DNA of 64,000 nt from contig CAWCKJ010000003.1 of the NCBI GenBank assembly GCA_963796105.1, positions 160,001-224,000 of the forward strand, written 5' to 3'. Below, in pieces: positions 39,027-49,686 of this stretch. Under the pieces are notes generated by a model. The model saw only the letters and a list, made by a program, of their open reading frames with translations, was not told where the DNA came from and did no database searches. How positions within the stretch are numbered: position 1 is the first letter of the stretch; every line of letters starts with the position of its first letter. The position numbers and the translations under genes were made by a program. Source of the DNA: a candidate division FCPU426 bacterium (GTDB taxonomy: Bacteria > Oederibacteriota > Muellerivitia > Muellerivitales > Muellerivitaceae).

Positions 39027-39875
39027 ATGGGAAATTATTTTTTTATAACTAAAAGATTTGTGTTCCTCTTTTTTCTATTGGCCGTTGGGAAGGCTTTTTC
39101 GGATGATCTCATTAGTGCAGGATATGGCCTTCCGTCTTATTCCAAAAAAGAACTTCAGGCCGCCTTGGCAAAAATACCCCCTCAGGCCAAGAAAATAATC
39201 GAAAAAGCCGTTGCACCTGGATCTCTCGAAAAGCTGGAATGGATTGAGAAGGTTCTCCACGGGAGTCAGGCGATCCTAGCCCGGGTAACGAAAATCCGCG
39301 ATCCTGATGAGGACGCGGCGGTGGGTGATGCTTACGTCTATTTCCTGATCGAAATAACCAAGGGAAAATCCTTTCTGTGGAAATGGCCCAACAAAGAGCA
39401 GTCAAGGTTTTTAAAATGGCCGACCAATTGGTATCCCAAGGAATCCTTCATGGTACCGTTTTACGGTTTTGTGGAAGACGCCGCTTTCAACGACCATCAT
39501 CTTGATTTTTACATCAATTTCGACAGGAACAACCAAACGGCAAAAAGATACTATTTCCGGTTTATTCCAGGAAAGGGGGTTTACCTTGTTCTGGCTTGTC
39601 CCGAAGTCATGGAGGAACCGATGCGGGAAAATGAAGTCATTTTGAAAAAACGGAACATTTATGAAAGTAATTCCGAAATCATTCCCGAGGAGACCGGTCG
39701 GTTAAGGGTGGTGACCCAGACCGAGGAGGGGACTCTTTCACTTGATCCTGATCCCCAAAAAGCCGCTGCCCAATCCATCAAACACGTCACTAAGCAAACT
39801 TCAGAATATCGGTGGGCTGAAACTAAGCAAATGTATGAGTTGGCGGGGACGCCTGTCACTCAAACGAGCCAATGA
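39027..39875 (+). CDS. Secreted hypothetical protein
   Basis: 282-aa ORF with signal peptide (..VGKAFS-D); no family recognised. Confidence 0.65.
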   Translation: MGNYFFITKRFVFLFFLLAVGKAFSDDLISAGYGLPSYSKKELQAALAKIPPQAKKIIEKAVAPGSLEKLEWIEKVLHGSQAILARVTKIRDPDEDAAVGDAYVYFLIEITKGKSFLWKWPNKEQSRFLKWPTNWYPKESFMVPFYGFVEDAAFNDHHLDFYINFDRNNQTAKRYYFRFIPGKGVYLVLACPEVMEEPMRENEVILKKRNIYESNSEIIPEETGRLRVVTQTEEGTLSLDPDPQKAAAQSIKHVTKQTSEYRWAETKQMYELAGTPVTQTSQ

Positions 39876-39993
39876 TCCATACCTATTTTTATTAACGGCC
39901 AAAATATAAAACCCGCTTCATGCCTTGCTTTCCTTGAAAACCCATCCCTAGTATTACCCCGCATGGAAGTTATAAAAGATAAGGGGGGGTGTA

Positions 39994-40665
39994 ATGAAAA
40001 TCGGAATTATTGGATCAGGTGTAGTGGGTCAAACCTTGGGGTTCAAGTTGGTGGAATTGGGGAACGACGTGGTTTTAGGAACGAGAGACCCGCGAAAGCT
40101 GGATGAAAAAAAGAATATGACAGGAAGCCTGAAGGATTGGCTGGAGAAAGTTCAAAACAAGGCAAAAGTAGCCACTTTTCAAGAGGCCGCGATCCATGGG
40201 GAAATTCTCATCAATGCCACCCACGGGCAGGCATCGGTCCAAGCCCTTCAAATGGCCAACGCGGGCCAGGTAGGCGCTAAAGTCCTGATAGATACGGCCA
40301 ATGAATTGGATTTCAGCAAGGGCATGCCTCCGGGAGTCCTTGCCGGCCAAACCCGCTCGGTGGCCGAGAACATTCAAAACACTTTTCCCAATCTCAAAGT
40401 GGTCAAGTCCCTTAATACCATCTCGGCGCCCGTGATGATCAACCCCAAATCAGTTAAGAACGGGGATCATACGATTTTTATGGCAGGTAACGACAAGGAT
40501 GCCAAGGCTAAAGTCGCTGAACTTCTCAAGTCCCTTGGTTGGACGGATATTTTGGATTTAGGGGATATTTCCGCCGCCAGGGGGCCCGAAATGTACCTGG
40601 CGCTGTGGGTTCGTTTATACGGATCCCTTCAGAATGGCATGATCAACATCAAGGTTCAGCGTTAA
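39994..40665 (+). CDS. NADPH-dependent F420 reductase-like oxidoreductase
   Basis: IGIIGSGVVG, LIDTAN, VVKSLNT, AGNDKDAK. Confidence 0.9.
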   Translation: MKIGIIGSGVVGQTLGFKLVELGNDVVLGTRDPRKLDEKKNMTGSLKDWLEKVQNKAKVATFQEAAIHGEILINATHGQASVQALQMANAGQVGAKVLIDTANELDFSKGMPPGVLAGQTRSVAENIQNTFPNLKVVKSLNTISAPVMINPKSVKNGDHTIFMAGNDKDAKAKVAELLKSLGWTDILDLGDISAARGPEMYLALWVRLYGSLQNGMINIKVQR

Positions 40666-40723
40666 TAGAGGGGCCATTCATTCAAGAAAGCTTTTTCACG
40701 AAGTAAAGCCATTCTTATTCATG

Positions 40724-40757
40724 AAAAGGACCCCGATTTACGGGGTTCTTTTTGTTT
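40724..40757 (+). terminator. Rho-independent terminator
   Basis: AAAAGGACCCCG-ATTTA-CGGGGTTCTTTT with T-rich tail. Confidence 0.75.
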
Positions 40758-40863
40758 ATGCGCCGATCAATGTGGAATATTCCTTCAGGCCGTAACGGGT
40801 TATACTCAACCGGTGTCAATTTAGACCCAATTCTCCAAATCCCAGAAAGAAGCGATTAATCCC

Positions 40864-42522
40864 ATGAAAATGGATACGGACTGCGCGGTGATCGGGGCGG
40901 GTTTCGCGGGTTGTTCCGCCGCCTTAGAACTTGCCGACGCGGGCTATCAGGTGGATCTATTCGTAAAAGGGAAATTGGTCATTGATTCCGCCAGCACCCT
41001 TACGGCCGGGGGATTGGCCGCCGTATCGGATGAAGCGATCCGAAACCAGGGGGATTCCTACGAGGCGCACCTGAAGGATACCCTCGAAGCGGGAAAAGAA
41101 CTTAACGACGAAAAAATCGTGAAATTCTGCGTCGAGCGTTTCCATTCGGATGTGATCGAGTGGCTAATCGGGCAGGGAGTGCGTTTCGACCAGTCCCATC
41201 ACCAATATGACCTGTACAAGGAAGGCGGGCACTCCGCGAAAAGAATATTTCACGTGGAAGACGAGACGGGAAAACATGTCATGGCTGTCCTGAGCGAAAA
41301 GGTCAGGAAACATCCCAAAATCAAGGTTCATGAAAAGCACATCGCGATCGACGTCATCACGAAGAACAAGTTCCTCAAGTTGCCCGGCAAGGATGAGTGC
41401 GTCGGGATCTATGTCTATGATATCGAGAAAAACCAAGTGAAGGCCGTGTCGAGCAAGTCGGTCTTCCTGGCCACAGGCGGGCTTGGAAAGGTCTTCCTAT
41501 ACACCTCGAACCCCGACGCGGCGAGCGGGGACGGGTTCGCCATAGCCTATCGCGCGGGTCTTCCCCTGGCCAATATGGAATTCATCCAATTCCATCCCAC
41601 GGTCTTTTATGACGAGCAAGCGGATAGCCCCGAGCGGAGATACCTCTTCACGGAGGCTCTGAGGGGGGAAGGCGGCTTCTTGAAGCTTCACAGGGATGAC
41701 AAGGAAGATTTCGCCCTGAAATACAACCCGCAAGGCTCGAAGGCCACGAGGGATATCGTGACAAGGGCCGAAGACATGGAAATGCGGAAGAACGGCTTGA
41801 AACATGTCTGGCTTGACTGTGCGAAGATCCCGGAAGAAAGGCTCAAAAAGGATTTTAGGAACGCTTATGAATTCTGCTTGAAAAAGGGGATCGACATGGC
41901 GAAAGCCCCTATTCCCGTAGTTTACGCGGTCCACTACTCGAACGGGGGCGTCTTGGTGGATGAAAACAGCGAAACTGGATTGATGAACCTGTACGCCCTG
42001 GGGGAGGCATCTTATACGGGCCTTCACGGGGCCACGAGACTCGCTAGCAATTCTGCCCCCGAGTGCTTGTTGTTTGGAAGGCTATCCGCCAAGCACTTCA
42101 TCAAAAACAAGGGCCGGAATAAGAACCACGTTGTCCCCGATTGGGATACCGGAAGGGCCAAGGAAACAAAAGACCCCACCACTATCAGCTGTTACTGGGA
42201 AATCACCCGTAAAACCATGACCCTTCTTTGCGGGATCGCACGGACGGAAGAGAGACTATGCGCCGCGAAGGACGTGTTGTCCGCCCTCAAGAAGAACATC
42301 AACAGCGATTATTGGAATTATGTCGTAACCAAGGAGTTCCTGGAGGCGAGGAATCTTGCGGACGTTGCGAACATCGTATTGAACAGCGCCTTGGCGAGAA
42401 AAGAAAGCAGGGCTTGCCACTACCGGGAAGACTATCCGCAAAGTGACGTGAAATACCTCGGAATAACGGTCATCAAGAGGGACGAAGAGCCAAGAATTGA
42501 AAACATCAAACGTCCTTCTTAA
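40864..42522 (+). CDS. nadB: L-aspartate oxidase
   Basis: GAGFAG, EGGHSAKRIFH, EFIQFHPT, TEALRGEG, GLHGATRLASNS, ESRACHYREDYP. Confidence 0.93.
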   Translation: MKMDTDCAVIGAGFAGCSAALELADAGYQVDLFVKGKLVIDSASTLTAGGLAAVSDEAIRNQGDSYEAHLKDTLEAGKELNDEKIVKFCVERFHSDVIEWLIGQGVRFDQSHHQYDLYKEGGHSAKRIFHVEDETGKHVMAVLSEKVRKHPKIKVHEKHIAIDVITKNKFLKLPGKDECVGIYVYDIEKNQVKAVSSKSVFLATGGLGKVFLYTSNPDAASGDGFAIAYRAGLPLANMEFIQFHPTVFYDEQADSPERRYLFTEALRGEGGFLKLHRDDKEDFALKYNPQGSKATRDIVTRAEDMEMRKNGLKHVWLDCAKIPEERLKKDFRNAYEFCLKKGIDMAKAPIPVVYAVHYSNGGVLVDENSETGLMNLYALGEASYTGLHGATRLASNSAPECLLFGRLSAKHFIKNKGRNKNHVVPDWDTGRAKETKDPTTISCYWEITRKTMTLLCGIARTEERLCAAKDVLSALKKNINSDYWNYVVTKEFLEARNLADVANIVLNSALARKESRACHYREDYPQSDVKYLGITVIKRDEEPRIENIKRPS

Positions 42523-42585
42523 ATGGAAAATGGGCAAGGTCACTTTTGTTTATGGCTGTGTTGAAGTAAAAAAAGGAGTGTTGGC

Positions 42586-42987
42586 ATGGCAAGCAGCAAG
42601 ACGAATAAAATTCTCTTTTGGGTTTTCTCGCTTTTATTTATTTTGCCCACCGCCGGGTCGGGGATTATTGAGCTTTTTGCAAGCCCATCCGAGCAGGTGG
42701 CGCAAATGTTGAAGATGTTGGGTTATCCGCTTTATCTTTCGAGAATACTGGGTTTCGCTAAATTGATGGGAGCCCTGGCGATTTTGACTGGGCGGATTCC
42801 CCGGATGAAAGAATGGGCCTACGCCGGTTATAGCTTCATGCTTTTGGGAGCGGCCGCTTCCCATTTACTGGCAGGCGACTATACCCACGCTCCAATTCCT
42901 TTGATTGTTTTCATCATACTGCTCATTTCGTATTATTTTTCTAATAGGGTGTTTCCGCACTCATCCCAGCCTTTTTCCATCAAGTGA
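42586..42987 (+). CDS. DoxX-like membrane protein
   Basis: LGYPLYL..ILGFAK, KEWAYAG, AAASH. Confidence 0.88.
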   Translation: MASSKTNKILFWVFSLLFILPTAGSGIIELFASPSEQVAQMLKMLGYPLYLSRILGFAKLMGALAILTGRIPRMKEWAYAGYSFMLLGAAASHLLAGDYTHAPIPLIVFIILLISYYFSNRVFPHSSQPFSIK

Positions 42988-43332
42988 TAGGGGGAGCAGC
43001 ATTGATTAGAGCTGTCTTTAATTGATTTTTCCTTTCGCAAATAAAATCTCGCTCTCTAGATAAATAATTCTTTGTCATTCAATTTTATTGAATAGACTCA
43101 AGGAATTTTTGAAACCGATTGCTTATAAAACACTTTCTCGTTAAAACCCGTTTGGTGTCCAAAGAGACTTTTCAACGCGGAATTCCAACCGGCTCAGTCC
43201 CCAAAACCGTCCATCCGGTAAAACCGGGGAATTCATTTCCCGGAATCACCAGGGAATTTAAACTTTGCAAAGGATAGGCCTTTTGTTAAACTACGACCTA
43301 ATTTATTCCATCTTTTAAAAAGAGGTTATTAA

Positions 43333-44430
43333 ATGAAATCAATAAAAATTCTGACTGCTGGCTTGATTCTTTCATTCACGGCGCAATGTGTCCTAGCGGT
43401 TGGGCCTACATACGTAAAAGACAACATCGCCGCATCCGCAAGTTGGACCAAGGACAATAGTCCTTACGTCCTCCAAAACGATATTACCGTCATAAAGGGA
43501 GCGATTCTCACGATCGACCCCGGAGTGGAAGTGCAATTCTCGACGCCTCCCACCGCGAAATCCGGCAAGGAACCCAATCTAGTCATCCAGGGTGGAATTA
43601 AAGCCGTTGGAAATTCCACTACGCCGATCTCATTCGTTCCCTCAGTCGCGGGTGGTTATTGGGGAGCCATTTATTTTTATACTAGTGACCCGGCTAATTC
43701 CGTCCTTCAGGGCTGCTTGATCAAGGGCGGGCACATTGTTTGCAACGGTTCCTCGCCAAACATTTCCCAGTGTTCCATTTATGGCGGAAAGAGCGGAGTC
43801 GAGATCGCGGTCAATTCCTCGCCGCAAATCATCAATAACCGAATCACCGCGAACCAATACGGCTTGATTCTTTTGGACGCGACCGCCAACCCGGTCATTT
43901 CCAAAAATGAGATTTACAATAACAACTATGGCATTTACTTTAAGGATTTCGGAACCCCCACCCTGTCCGATAACAAAATTTACAACAACCTGAAATACAA
44001 TCTCGTGAATTATTCCCCGAAACCCCTTTCCATGCCGAACAACGATTTCAAGTCAACGGACGCAGCGGCGGTCGCGAGGTCCATTTATGACGGGGCTAGC
44101 AATCCCGTATATGGCAAGTTGACTGTGACGCCCTTTGCCGGCGCCGTTGTTGAGGCCGCCGGTTCAACGGTGAATGCCGCGGCTAATCCGTTGGTTTCCA
44201 CAAATATTCCGCCATTGCCCACTCCGGTGGCGTCCACTGCCGTTGCGGTCGCTTCCGCTCCGCAGGCGAAACCCGTGATCCAAGAAGAGGACTTTTGGAG
44301 CTACGGAAGGCCTTTTGACGCCATGAAAGTGAGCAATTTGGAGCAGGGAAAATCACAATCTTCCGGCGTGGTCAAAATCCTTGCGGTCGGGGCTACCGCC
44401 GTGGTTACGGCTGTCCTTTTGTTCCTGTAA
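43333..44430 (+). CDS. Exported right-handed parallel beta-helix protein with C-terminal hydrophobic segment
   Basis: Signal peptide; WTKDNSPY..LTIDPGVEV; repeated P.I..N.I..N..GI; C-terminal hydrophobic helix. Confidence 0.85.
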   Translation: MKSIKILTAGLILSFTAQCVLAVGPTYVKDNIAASASWTKDNSPYVLQNDITVIKGAILTIDPGVEVQFSTPPTAKSGKEPNLVIQGGIKAVGNSTTPISFVPSVAGGYWGAIYFYTSDPANSVLQGCLIKGGHIVCNGSSPNISQCSIYGGKSGVEIAVNSSPQIINNRITANQYGLILLDATANPVISKNEIYNNNYGIYFKDFGTPTLSDNKIYNNLKYNLVNYSPKPLSMPNNDFKSTDAAAVARSIYDGASNPVYGKLTVTPFAGAVVEAAGSTVNAAANPLVSTNIPPLPTPVASTAVAVASAPQAKPVIQEEDFWSYGRPFDAMKVSNLEQGKSQSSGVVKILAVGATAVVTAVLLFL

Positions 44431-44450
44431 TATTCCCGCGAAAAAGACAT

Positions 44451-44492
44451 TGAGTTAGCCTCCAGGTCATTGAGGTTAACTCATTTCTTTTT
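44451..44492 (+). terminator. Rho-independent terminator
   Basis: TGAGTTAGCCTC / GAGGTTAACTCA followed by TTTCTTTTT. Confidence 0.7.
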
Positions 44493-44658
44493 GATCACGT
44501 GGATATTCAATTTTGTCCTAATTAAACAAAACATTCGAACAGTTCAATTTATAAAAGAACTATTCATATAACCATTAAGTAATATCCGTTCAATATTGGA
44601 CGGAACTTATAATGTATCACAAGAGAATAATAGTTGTCGCAAAAGGCGGAATATCATA

Positions 44659-45036
44659 ATGACTCCTTCTTTCAACGAAAAGCGAATGACCCCCCGTTAT
44701 CCAGTGAGAATACCCCTGCGCTTAAGGCTGTTGAAATCACCCATGGGGGAAAAAATGGAGGCTCAGCTTCACAACGGGAATAATTTAATGTCCGACATCG
44801 GAAGAACCGGATTTTTTTTGACCACCAAAAATTATTTCGAGATCGAATCCATCCTGGAAGTTGAGTTTCCTTTGGAAGAATTAAAAGAAGTGGTGCGAGC
44901 TGAAGTGGAGATCGTCAGGGCGAATAACCAGAATTTTCCCCACCATGGACGGTATGAATACGGCCTTCAATTTAACTCCATGCATCCGCACTTCAGGGAA
45001 GTCATAGAGAAATACCTAAAATTAATCAGCGGTTGA
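44659..45036 (+). CDS. Stand-alone PilZ domain protein
   Basis: EKRMTPRY (RxxxR), DIGRTG (DxSxxG variant), YGLQF. Confidence 0.85.
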   Translation: MTPSFNEKRMTPRYPVRIPLRLRLLKSPMGEKMEAQLHNGNNLMSDIGRTGFFLTTKNYFEIESILEVEFPLEELKEVVRAEVEIVRANNQNFPHHGRYEYGLQFNSMHPHFREVIEKYLKLISG

Positions 45037-45131
45037 CGCCTCTTTGGGGTTTTTAGGCGTAATATTGCCTCGGATGTTGTTCTTGTATTCCCCCCGTGTT
45101 AAAATCACGCTTATTTTTCAAAGGAGTTTCC

Positions 45132-45644
45132 ATGCGTTTCATCATGATGGTTTGCCTGTTTATGGCTGTGTCCATTTCTCACGCCAGGGATTTCAAGGTC
45201 GCGACGGTTGATTTGAAAAAAGTTTTCAACGAATACCCCGGCAAGAAGAGCGCCGATTTGAAAATGAAGGATCTGATTCAAGAGAAACAGCAGGAATTAG
45301 CGCCCTTGAAAAAAGAATTGGAAAAGCTCCAGGGGGAATTGAGCAGTTCCAGCTCGGTTTTGTCCAAAAAGGAAAAGAAGGAAAAAACCTATATTTTCCA
45401 GAAAAAAATGGACGACTTTACCAAACAGCAAACCCAAATGCAGTCGGACCTGGCCGACAAAGACACTGAAATGACCCAGAAACTCCTGGACAAGATCAAG
45501 GTCATTATCGGGAAAATCGCGAAGGATAAAAACGTGGATCTGGTGATGGATTCGGACAAAACCGTTTTCGCCAAGGACTCCGTGGACCTGACCGACGATG
45601 TTTTAAAGTCCTACAAGGACTTGCCCTTGGATTCCGACAAATAA
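45132..45644 (+). CDS. skp: Periplasmic chaperone Skp/OmpH
   Basis: KVATVD..VF, coiled coil, DLTDDVL; directly upstream of lpxD. Confidence 0.92.
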   Translation: MRFIMMVCLFMAVSISHARDFKVATVDLKKVFNEYPGKKSADLKMKDLIQEKQQELAPLKKELEKLQGELSSSSSVLSKKEKKEKTYIFQKKMDDFTKQQTQMQSDLADKDTEMTQKLLDKIKVIIGKIAKDKNVDLVMDSDKTVFAKDSVDLTDDVLKSYKDLPLDSDK

Positions 45645-45666
45645 GAGTAAGAAGCGAAAAATACCT

Positions 45667-46710
45667 ATGAGCGCCTCCATCAGCTTGAGTGATTTGGCCT
45701 TGAAGATAGGCGCTTCTTTTACGGGCGACGGATCAATGCTCTTAAAAGGCGTGGCGCCGTTGGATACGGCGAAAGAGGGCGACTTAACTTTTATCACCAA
45801 TCCCCGCTACGCGAAACACGCCGGCGCCACCCAGGGCTCCTGCATCCTCTGCGACAAAGAAATACCCGGAGTCCAAAAATCCTTTCTTTTAGCTCCCAAT
45901 CCCTACGCGGCTCTCGCGCGCATTATCGGTGTTTTTTTCCCCAAGCAAATCATTGAACCGGGTGTACATAACGGCGCTTGGATTGATTCCTCCGCTTCCA
46001 TTCATCCCGAGGCATGTGTTTTTCCCGGAGTGTATATAGGGGCAAGGGCGAAAGTGGGACGCGGAACTATTTTGTATCCCGGGGTTTTCCTGGGCGAAGA
46101 CACGATCGTGGGGGAGGACTGTATTTTTTACTCGAATGTCACGGTCCGGGAAAAATGCATTGTGGGGAACAGGGTCATTTTCCAACCGGGAGTTGCCATT
46201 GGGGCTGACGGCTTCGGTTTCGCTCCTGAAAAGGAAACCTACGTCAAAATCCCGCAAGTGGGGAATGTGATTATCGAGGATGACGTGGAGTTGGGTTCCA
46301 ATACCTGCGTGGACCGGGCCGCCTTGGGTTCCACAAGAATTGGAAAAGGCACGAAAATCGACAATCTTGTCCAGATCGGGCACAACGTTGTGATCGGCAA
46401 AAACACGATCATTGTGTCCCAAACCGGCATTTCCGGCTCGACCCAGGTCGGCGATCATGTTTTGATGGGCGGGCAGGTCGGTCTAGCGGGCCACATAAAA
46501 ATAGGGGATCATGTGACTTTGGCCACGAGAACGGGAGTCATGGAGGATATCCCGGAGAAAGGCGTTTATTGGGGGTCGCCCTCCATCGACATGACCACTG
46601 AAATGAAAAATGTCGCGGCTTACCGGCAGCTTCCGGCGCTCGTCAAACGCGTCCGGCAATTGGAGAAAACCATCGAGGCTTTACGCGGCGGGAAATCCAT
46701 TGAAAAGTGA
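45667..46710 (+). CDS. lpxD: UDP-3-O-acyl-glucosamine N-acyltransferase
   Basis: IGADGFGF, IPQVG, KIDNLVQIGHN, hexapeptide repeats. Confidence 0.97.
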   Translation: MSASISLSDLALKIGASFTGDGSMLLKGVAPLDTAKEGDLTFITNPRYAKHAGATQGSCILCDKEIPGVQKSFLLAPNPYAALARIIGVFFPKQIIEPGVHNGAWIDSSASIHPEACVFPGVYIGARAKVGRGTILYPGVFLGEDTIVGEDCIFYSNVTVREKCIVGNRVIFQPGVAIGADGFGFAPEKETYVKIPQVGNVIIEDDVELGSNTCVDRAALGSTRIGKGTKIDNLVQIGHNVVIGKNTIIVSQTGISGSTQVGDHVLMGGQVGLAGHIKIGDHVTLATRTGVMEDIPEKGVYWGSPSIDMTTEMKNVAAYRQLPALVKRVRQLEKTIEALRGGKSIEK

Positions 46711-48028
46711 ACCGGGGTCTCGAAGGCAGAGGACAATCGCCCAAGAAGTAACCTTTGAGGGAACGGGTCTTCACACCGGCCATTATTGCCGGGTCCGGGT
46801 TATCCCGGCTCCCCCGGAAAGCGGTCTATATTTCTTTCGGACGGATCTCCAAGCCCGCATTCCTGTCTCGCCTGATTTTGTGACGAGCACCTCTCGGGGA
46901 ACGTCCCTCACCGGGGAAAAGGGAGCCTCCGTTCATACTATCGAGCATTTCCTCGCGTCAATCGCCGGGGCCGGCTTCAACAACCTACGTGTGGAATTGG
47001 ATTCTGATGAAATGCCCATTTTGGACGGAAGCGCTGAATCTTACACTAAAGAGTTCGCGAAAGTTGGCGCCATAGAACAAAAAGCAGTGGTTCATCCGCT
47101 GATCCTTGATGAGCCGCTGGAATTTAGTTTTGGCGAGGTGACCGTTAAAGCGGAACCGGCTGATGGACTCTATTTAGATGTTTACACTTCTTTTCCATAT
47201 CCAGGTCTGGAAAACCAGCGATTCCTTTTCACGCTTGAGGATGGTTCTTTTGCCAAGGAGCTATCCCGGGCGAGAACTTTTTGTTTTGAGGAAGAAGTGG
47301 AACAACTTCGCGAGAAGGGTTTAATCAAGGGAGGCAGCCTTGACTGTGCCCTTGTCATCGGCAAAAAAGGCGTCTTGAACGGGCCGATGCGTTTTGACGA
47401 TGAAATTGTCAGGCATAAGACCCTGGATTTGCTGGGGGATTTGATGCTGTTAAACCGCCCATTACAGGCGAAAATTACAGTTAGAAAAGCCGGGCATCGG
47501 ACGCATGTTGAGTTGGTAAAAGCGATTTATAAAAGATTTTCAAAGGAGGAAAGAGTGAATTCCAATCCAAAGGCCCCAAAAACGATGGATATTGTCGCGA
47601 TCCAAGGGATCTTGCCCCACCGGTACCCTTTTTTACTTGTGGACCGCGTCCTGGAGGTTGAACCTTATAAAAGGGTAGTGGCCATTAAAAACGTGACTGC
47701 CAACGAATCGTTTTTCCAAGGGCATTTCCCCGGGCATCCCATCATGCCTGGTGTTTTGGTCATCGAGGCGATGGCCCAGGCTGGGGGAATTTGTTTCCTT
47801 TGCGACGACCAATCCGGGAAAATGCTTTACCTAGCCGGGGTGGATAAAGCCCGCTTCCGCAAACCCGTGCTGCCGGGGGACCAAATTCGGTTTGAGATAG
47901 AAGTATTAAACATCCGCTCGAAAATAGGTAAAATCGCCGGGAAGGCCATTATCGACGGTCAAGTGGCTTGTGAGGCTGAATTAACCTGCGCCATCATTGA
48001 GCGGGGTGATAATAAAGGAGTCTCGTAA
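46700..48028 (+). CDS. lpxC: Bifunctional LpxC deacetylase / FabZ dehydratase (start approximate)
   Basis: [35 protein letters not shown]; then [30 protein letters not shown] in the same frame. Confidence 0.96.
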   Translation: MKSEPGSRRQRTIAQEVTFEGTGLHTGHYCRVRVIPAPPESGLYFFRTDLQARIPVSPDFVTSTSRGTSLTGEKGASVHTIEHFLASIAGAGFNNLRVELDSDEMPILDGSAESYTKEFAKVGAIEQKAVVHPLILDEPLEFSFGEVTVKAEPADGLYLDVYTSFPYPGLENQRFLFTLEDGSFAKELSRARTFCFEEEVEQLREKGLIKGGSLDCALVIGKKGVLNGPMRFDDEIVRHKTLDLLGDLMLLNRPLQAKITVRKAGHRTHVELVKAIYKRFSKEERVNSNPKAPKTMDIVAIQGILPHRYPFLLVDRVLEVEPYKRVVAIKNVTANESFFQGHFPGHPIMPGVLVIEAMAQAGGICFLCDDQSGKMLYLAGVDKARFRKPVLPGDQIRFEIEVLNIRSKIGKIAGKAIIDGQVACEAELTCAIIERGDNKGVS

Positions 48029-48029
48029 A

Positions 48030-48815
48030 ATGCCGGATGAACCCATAAAAATTCATCCAACAGCCATCGTTCATCCCAAGGCTCGATTAGAAAATGGGGT
48101 GGTGATAGGCCCCTTTTCCATCGTGGATGAGCATGTCAGTATCGGCGAGGGCACAGTCGTAGGGGCGAATTGCTTTATCACGGGACATACACAGATCGGA
48201 AAACGCAACCGGTTTTTCACGGGAGCCATCATCGGAAGCGAGCCCCAGGATGTGAAATACCATGGCGAGGAAACTTGGCTGATGATTGGAGATGAAAATC
48301 TCATACGTGAATATGTCACCATTAACCCCGGCACAGGCGAGGGAACGAAAACGATCATTGGGAACGATAACTGGCTCATGATCCAAACCCATGTGGGCCA
48401 TAATTGCGTCATCGGGAGCCATGTGAAAATGGCTAACCTGGTCACGTTGGGAGGCCATGTTCAAATTGACGAATACGCCACCATCGGAGGGGCCACCGCC
48501 ATCCATCAATTTGTCCGGGTCGGGCGCCATGTCATGCTCGGCGGGGGTTACAGGGCAGTTCAAGATGTTACTCCCTTTATGATAGCGGGAGACGAGCCGC
48601 TTAAAATTTATGGCGTGAACCAAATCGGTTTGGAACGCAACGGATTCCAGAAGGAAACAATCGACTTATTGAAAAAAGCGCACAAAGTCGTATTCAGGAA
48701 AAATTTAACCCTCAAAGAAGCCCTTTCCGCGCTTGCCGCTGACTTTCCCCAAACGGAAGAGATCAAATGCTTAATGGAGTTTCTCTCTTCCTCCACCCGC
48801 GGAATTGTGCGGTAA
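48030..48815 (+). CDS. lpxA: UDP-N-acetylglucosamine acyltransferase
   Basis: IHPTAIV, PQDVKY, IREYVTI, HVGHNC, IHQFVRVG. Confidence 0.97.
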   Translation: MPDEPIKIHPTAIVHPKARLENGVVIGPFSIVDEHVSIGEGTVVGANCFITGHTQIGKRNRFFTGAIIGSEPQDVKYHGEETWLMIGDENLIREYVTINPGTGEGTKTIIGNDNWLMIQTHVGHNCVIGSHVKMANLVTLGGHVQIDEYATIGGATAIHQFVRVGRHVMLGGGYRAVQDVTPFMIAGDEPLKIYGVNQIGLERNGFQKETIDLLKKAHKVVFRKNLTLKEALSALAADFPQTEEIKCLMEFLSSSTRGIVR

Positions 48816-48820
48816 AATCC

Positions 48821-49630
48821 ATGCCAGCCATAAAACCATTAGGCCTGATCGCCGGGTCCGGAGATCTTCCCCTGGAGTTTGCCCGACAAGCCAACGAACG
48901 GGGCTTTTCCCTTGCCATCGTAGCCCTCAAAAGCTGTTCCTCGCCTCTGTTGCGCCGATACAGCGAGGAAATAACCTGGATTTCGATCGGACAGCTTGGA
49001 AAGCTTATTTCTTTTTTCAAAAAAAAAGGCATTCATAAAATCGCCCTTCATGGAAAAGTGAAACACTCCAGTTTTTTTCAAAACATCAAATTCGACTTGA
49101 AAGCCTTAAACTTATGGATTCGCGCGGAGGATAGATCGGGCGAGGGTTTGATGAAGATCCTGGCAGACGAATTAGGAAAATACCGGATTGAGGTTTTGGA
49201 TGGCAGATTTTTAATGGATAATTTCCTGACTCCAAAGGGCCTATTAACTAAAACGAAAACCACTTCCGCTGAAAGAATGGATATTCAATCCGGGCTTCAA
49301 AAAGCCCGTTTGTTGGCCCGTTCGGGAATCGGTCAGTCCTTGGTTGTCAAGCAAGGGGCGGTTGCCGCCGTGGAAGGAATGGAAGGAACGGATGAAATGA
49401 TATCTCGGGCCGGAAAATGGGCTGGAAAAGGGGCGATCGTGGTGAAGGTAGCCAGCCCCAGGCAGGATTGGCGCTTCGATGTCCCGACGATCGGCCCGCG
49501 AACCATTCAATGCCTACTTAGGGCAAAAGCGCGCGGGATAGTCCTTGAGTCTGGAAGGTCTTTTTTGCTGAACCGCGACAAAACCCTGGAAATAGCGGAC
49601 CGGAATAAAATTTTCATAGAAGCGGTTTAA
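48821..49630 (+). CDS. lpxI: UDP-2,3-diacylglucosamine diphosphatase LpxI
   Basis: LGLIAGSGDLP, IGQSLVV, AVEGMEGTD, QDWRFDVPTIG. Confidence 0.93.
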   Translation: MPAIKPLGLIAGSGDLPLEFARQANERGFSLAIVALKSCSSPLLRRYSEEITWISIGQLGKLISFFKKKGIHKIALHGKVKHSSFFQNIKFDLKALNLWIRAEDRSGEGLMKILADELGKYRIEVLDGRFLMDNFLTPKGLLTKTKTTSAERMDIQSGLQKARLLARSGIGQSLVVKQGAVAAVEGMEGTDEMISRAGKWAGKGAIVVKVASPRQDWRFDVPTIGPRTIQCLLRAKARGIVLESGRSFLLNRDKTLEIADRNKIFIEAV

Positions 49631-49686
49631 TGATCATGTCTTCCGGCGGGAATTGGGATCGGTCTTGATGGTTTTTTTTATTAAAA

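Noticed and set aside
42988..43332. Riboswitch in the long leader (also checked 52004-52288)
   Set aside because: No c-di-GMP-I/II or other aptamer consensus recognisable by eye; an Rfam scan would be needed
46610..46699. N-terminal extension of LpxC
   Set aside because: Overlaps lpxD by 100 bp; LpxC similarity begins near QRTI, so TTG 46700 is preferred
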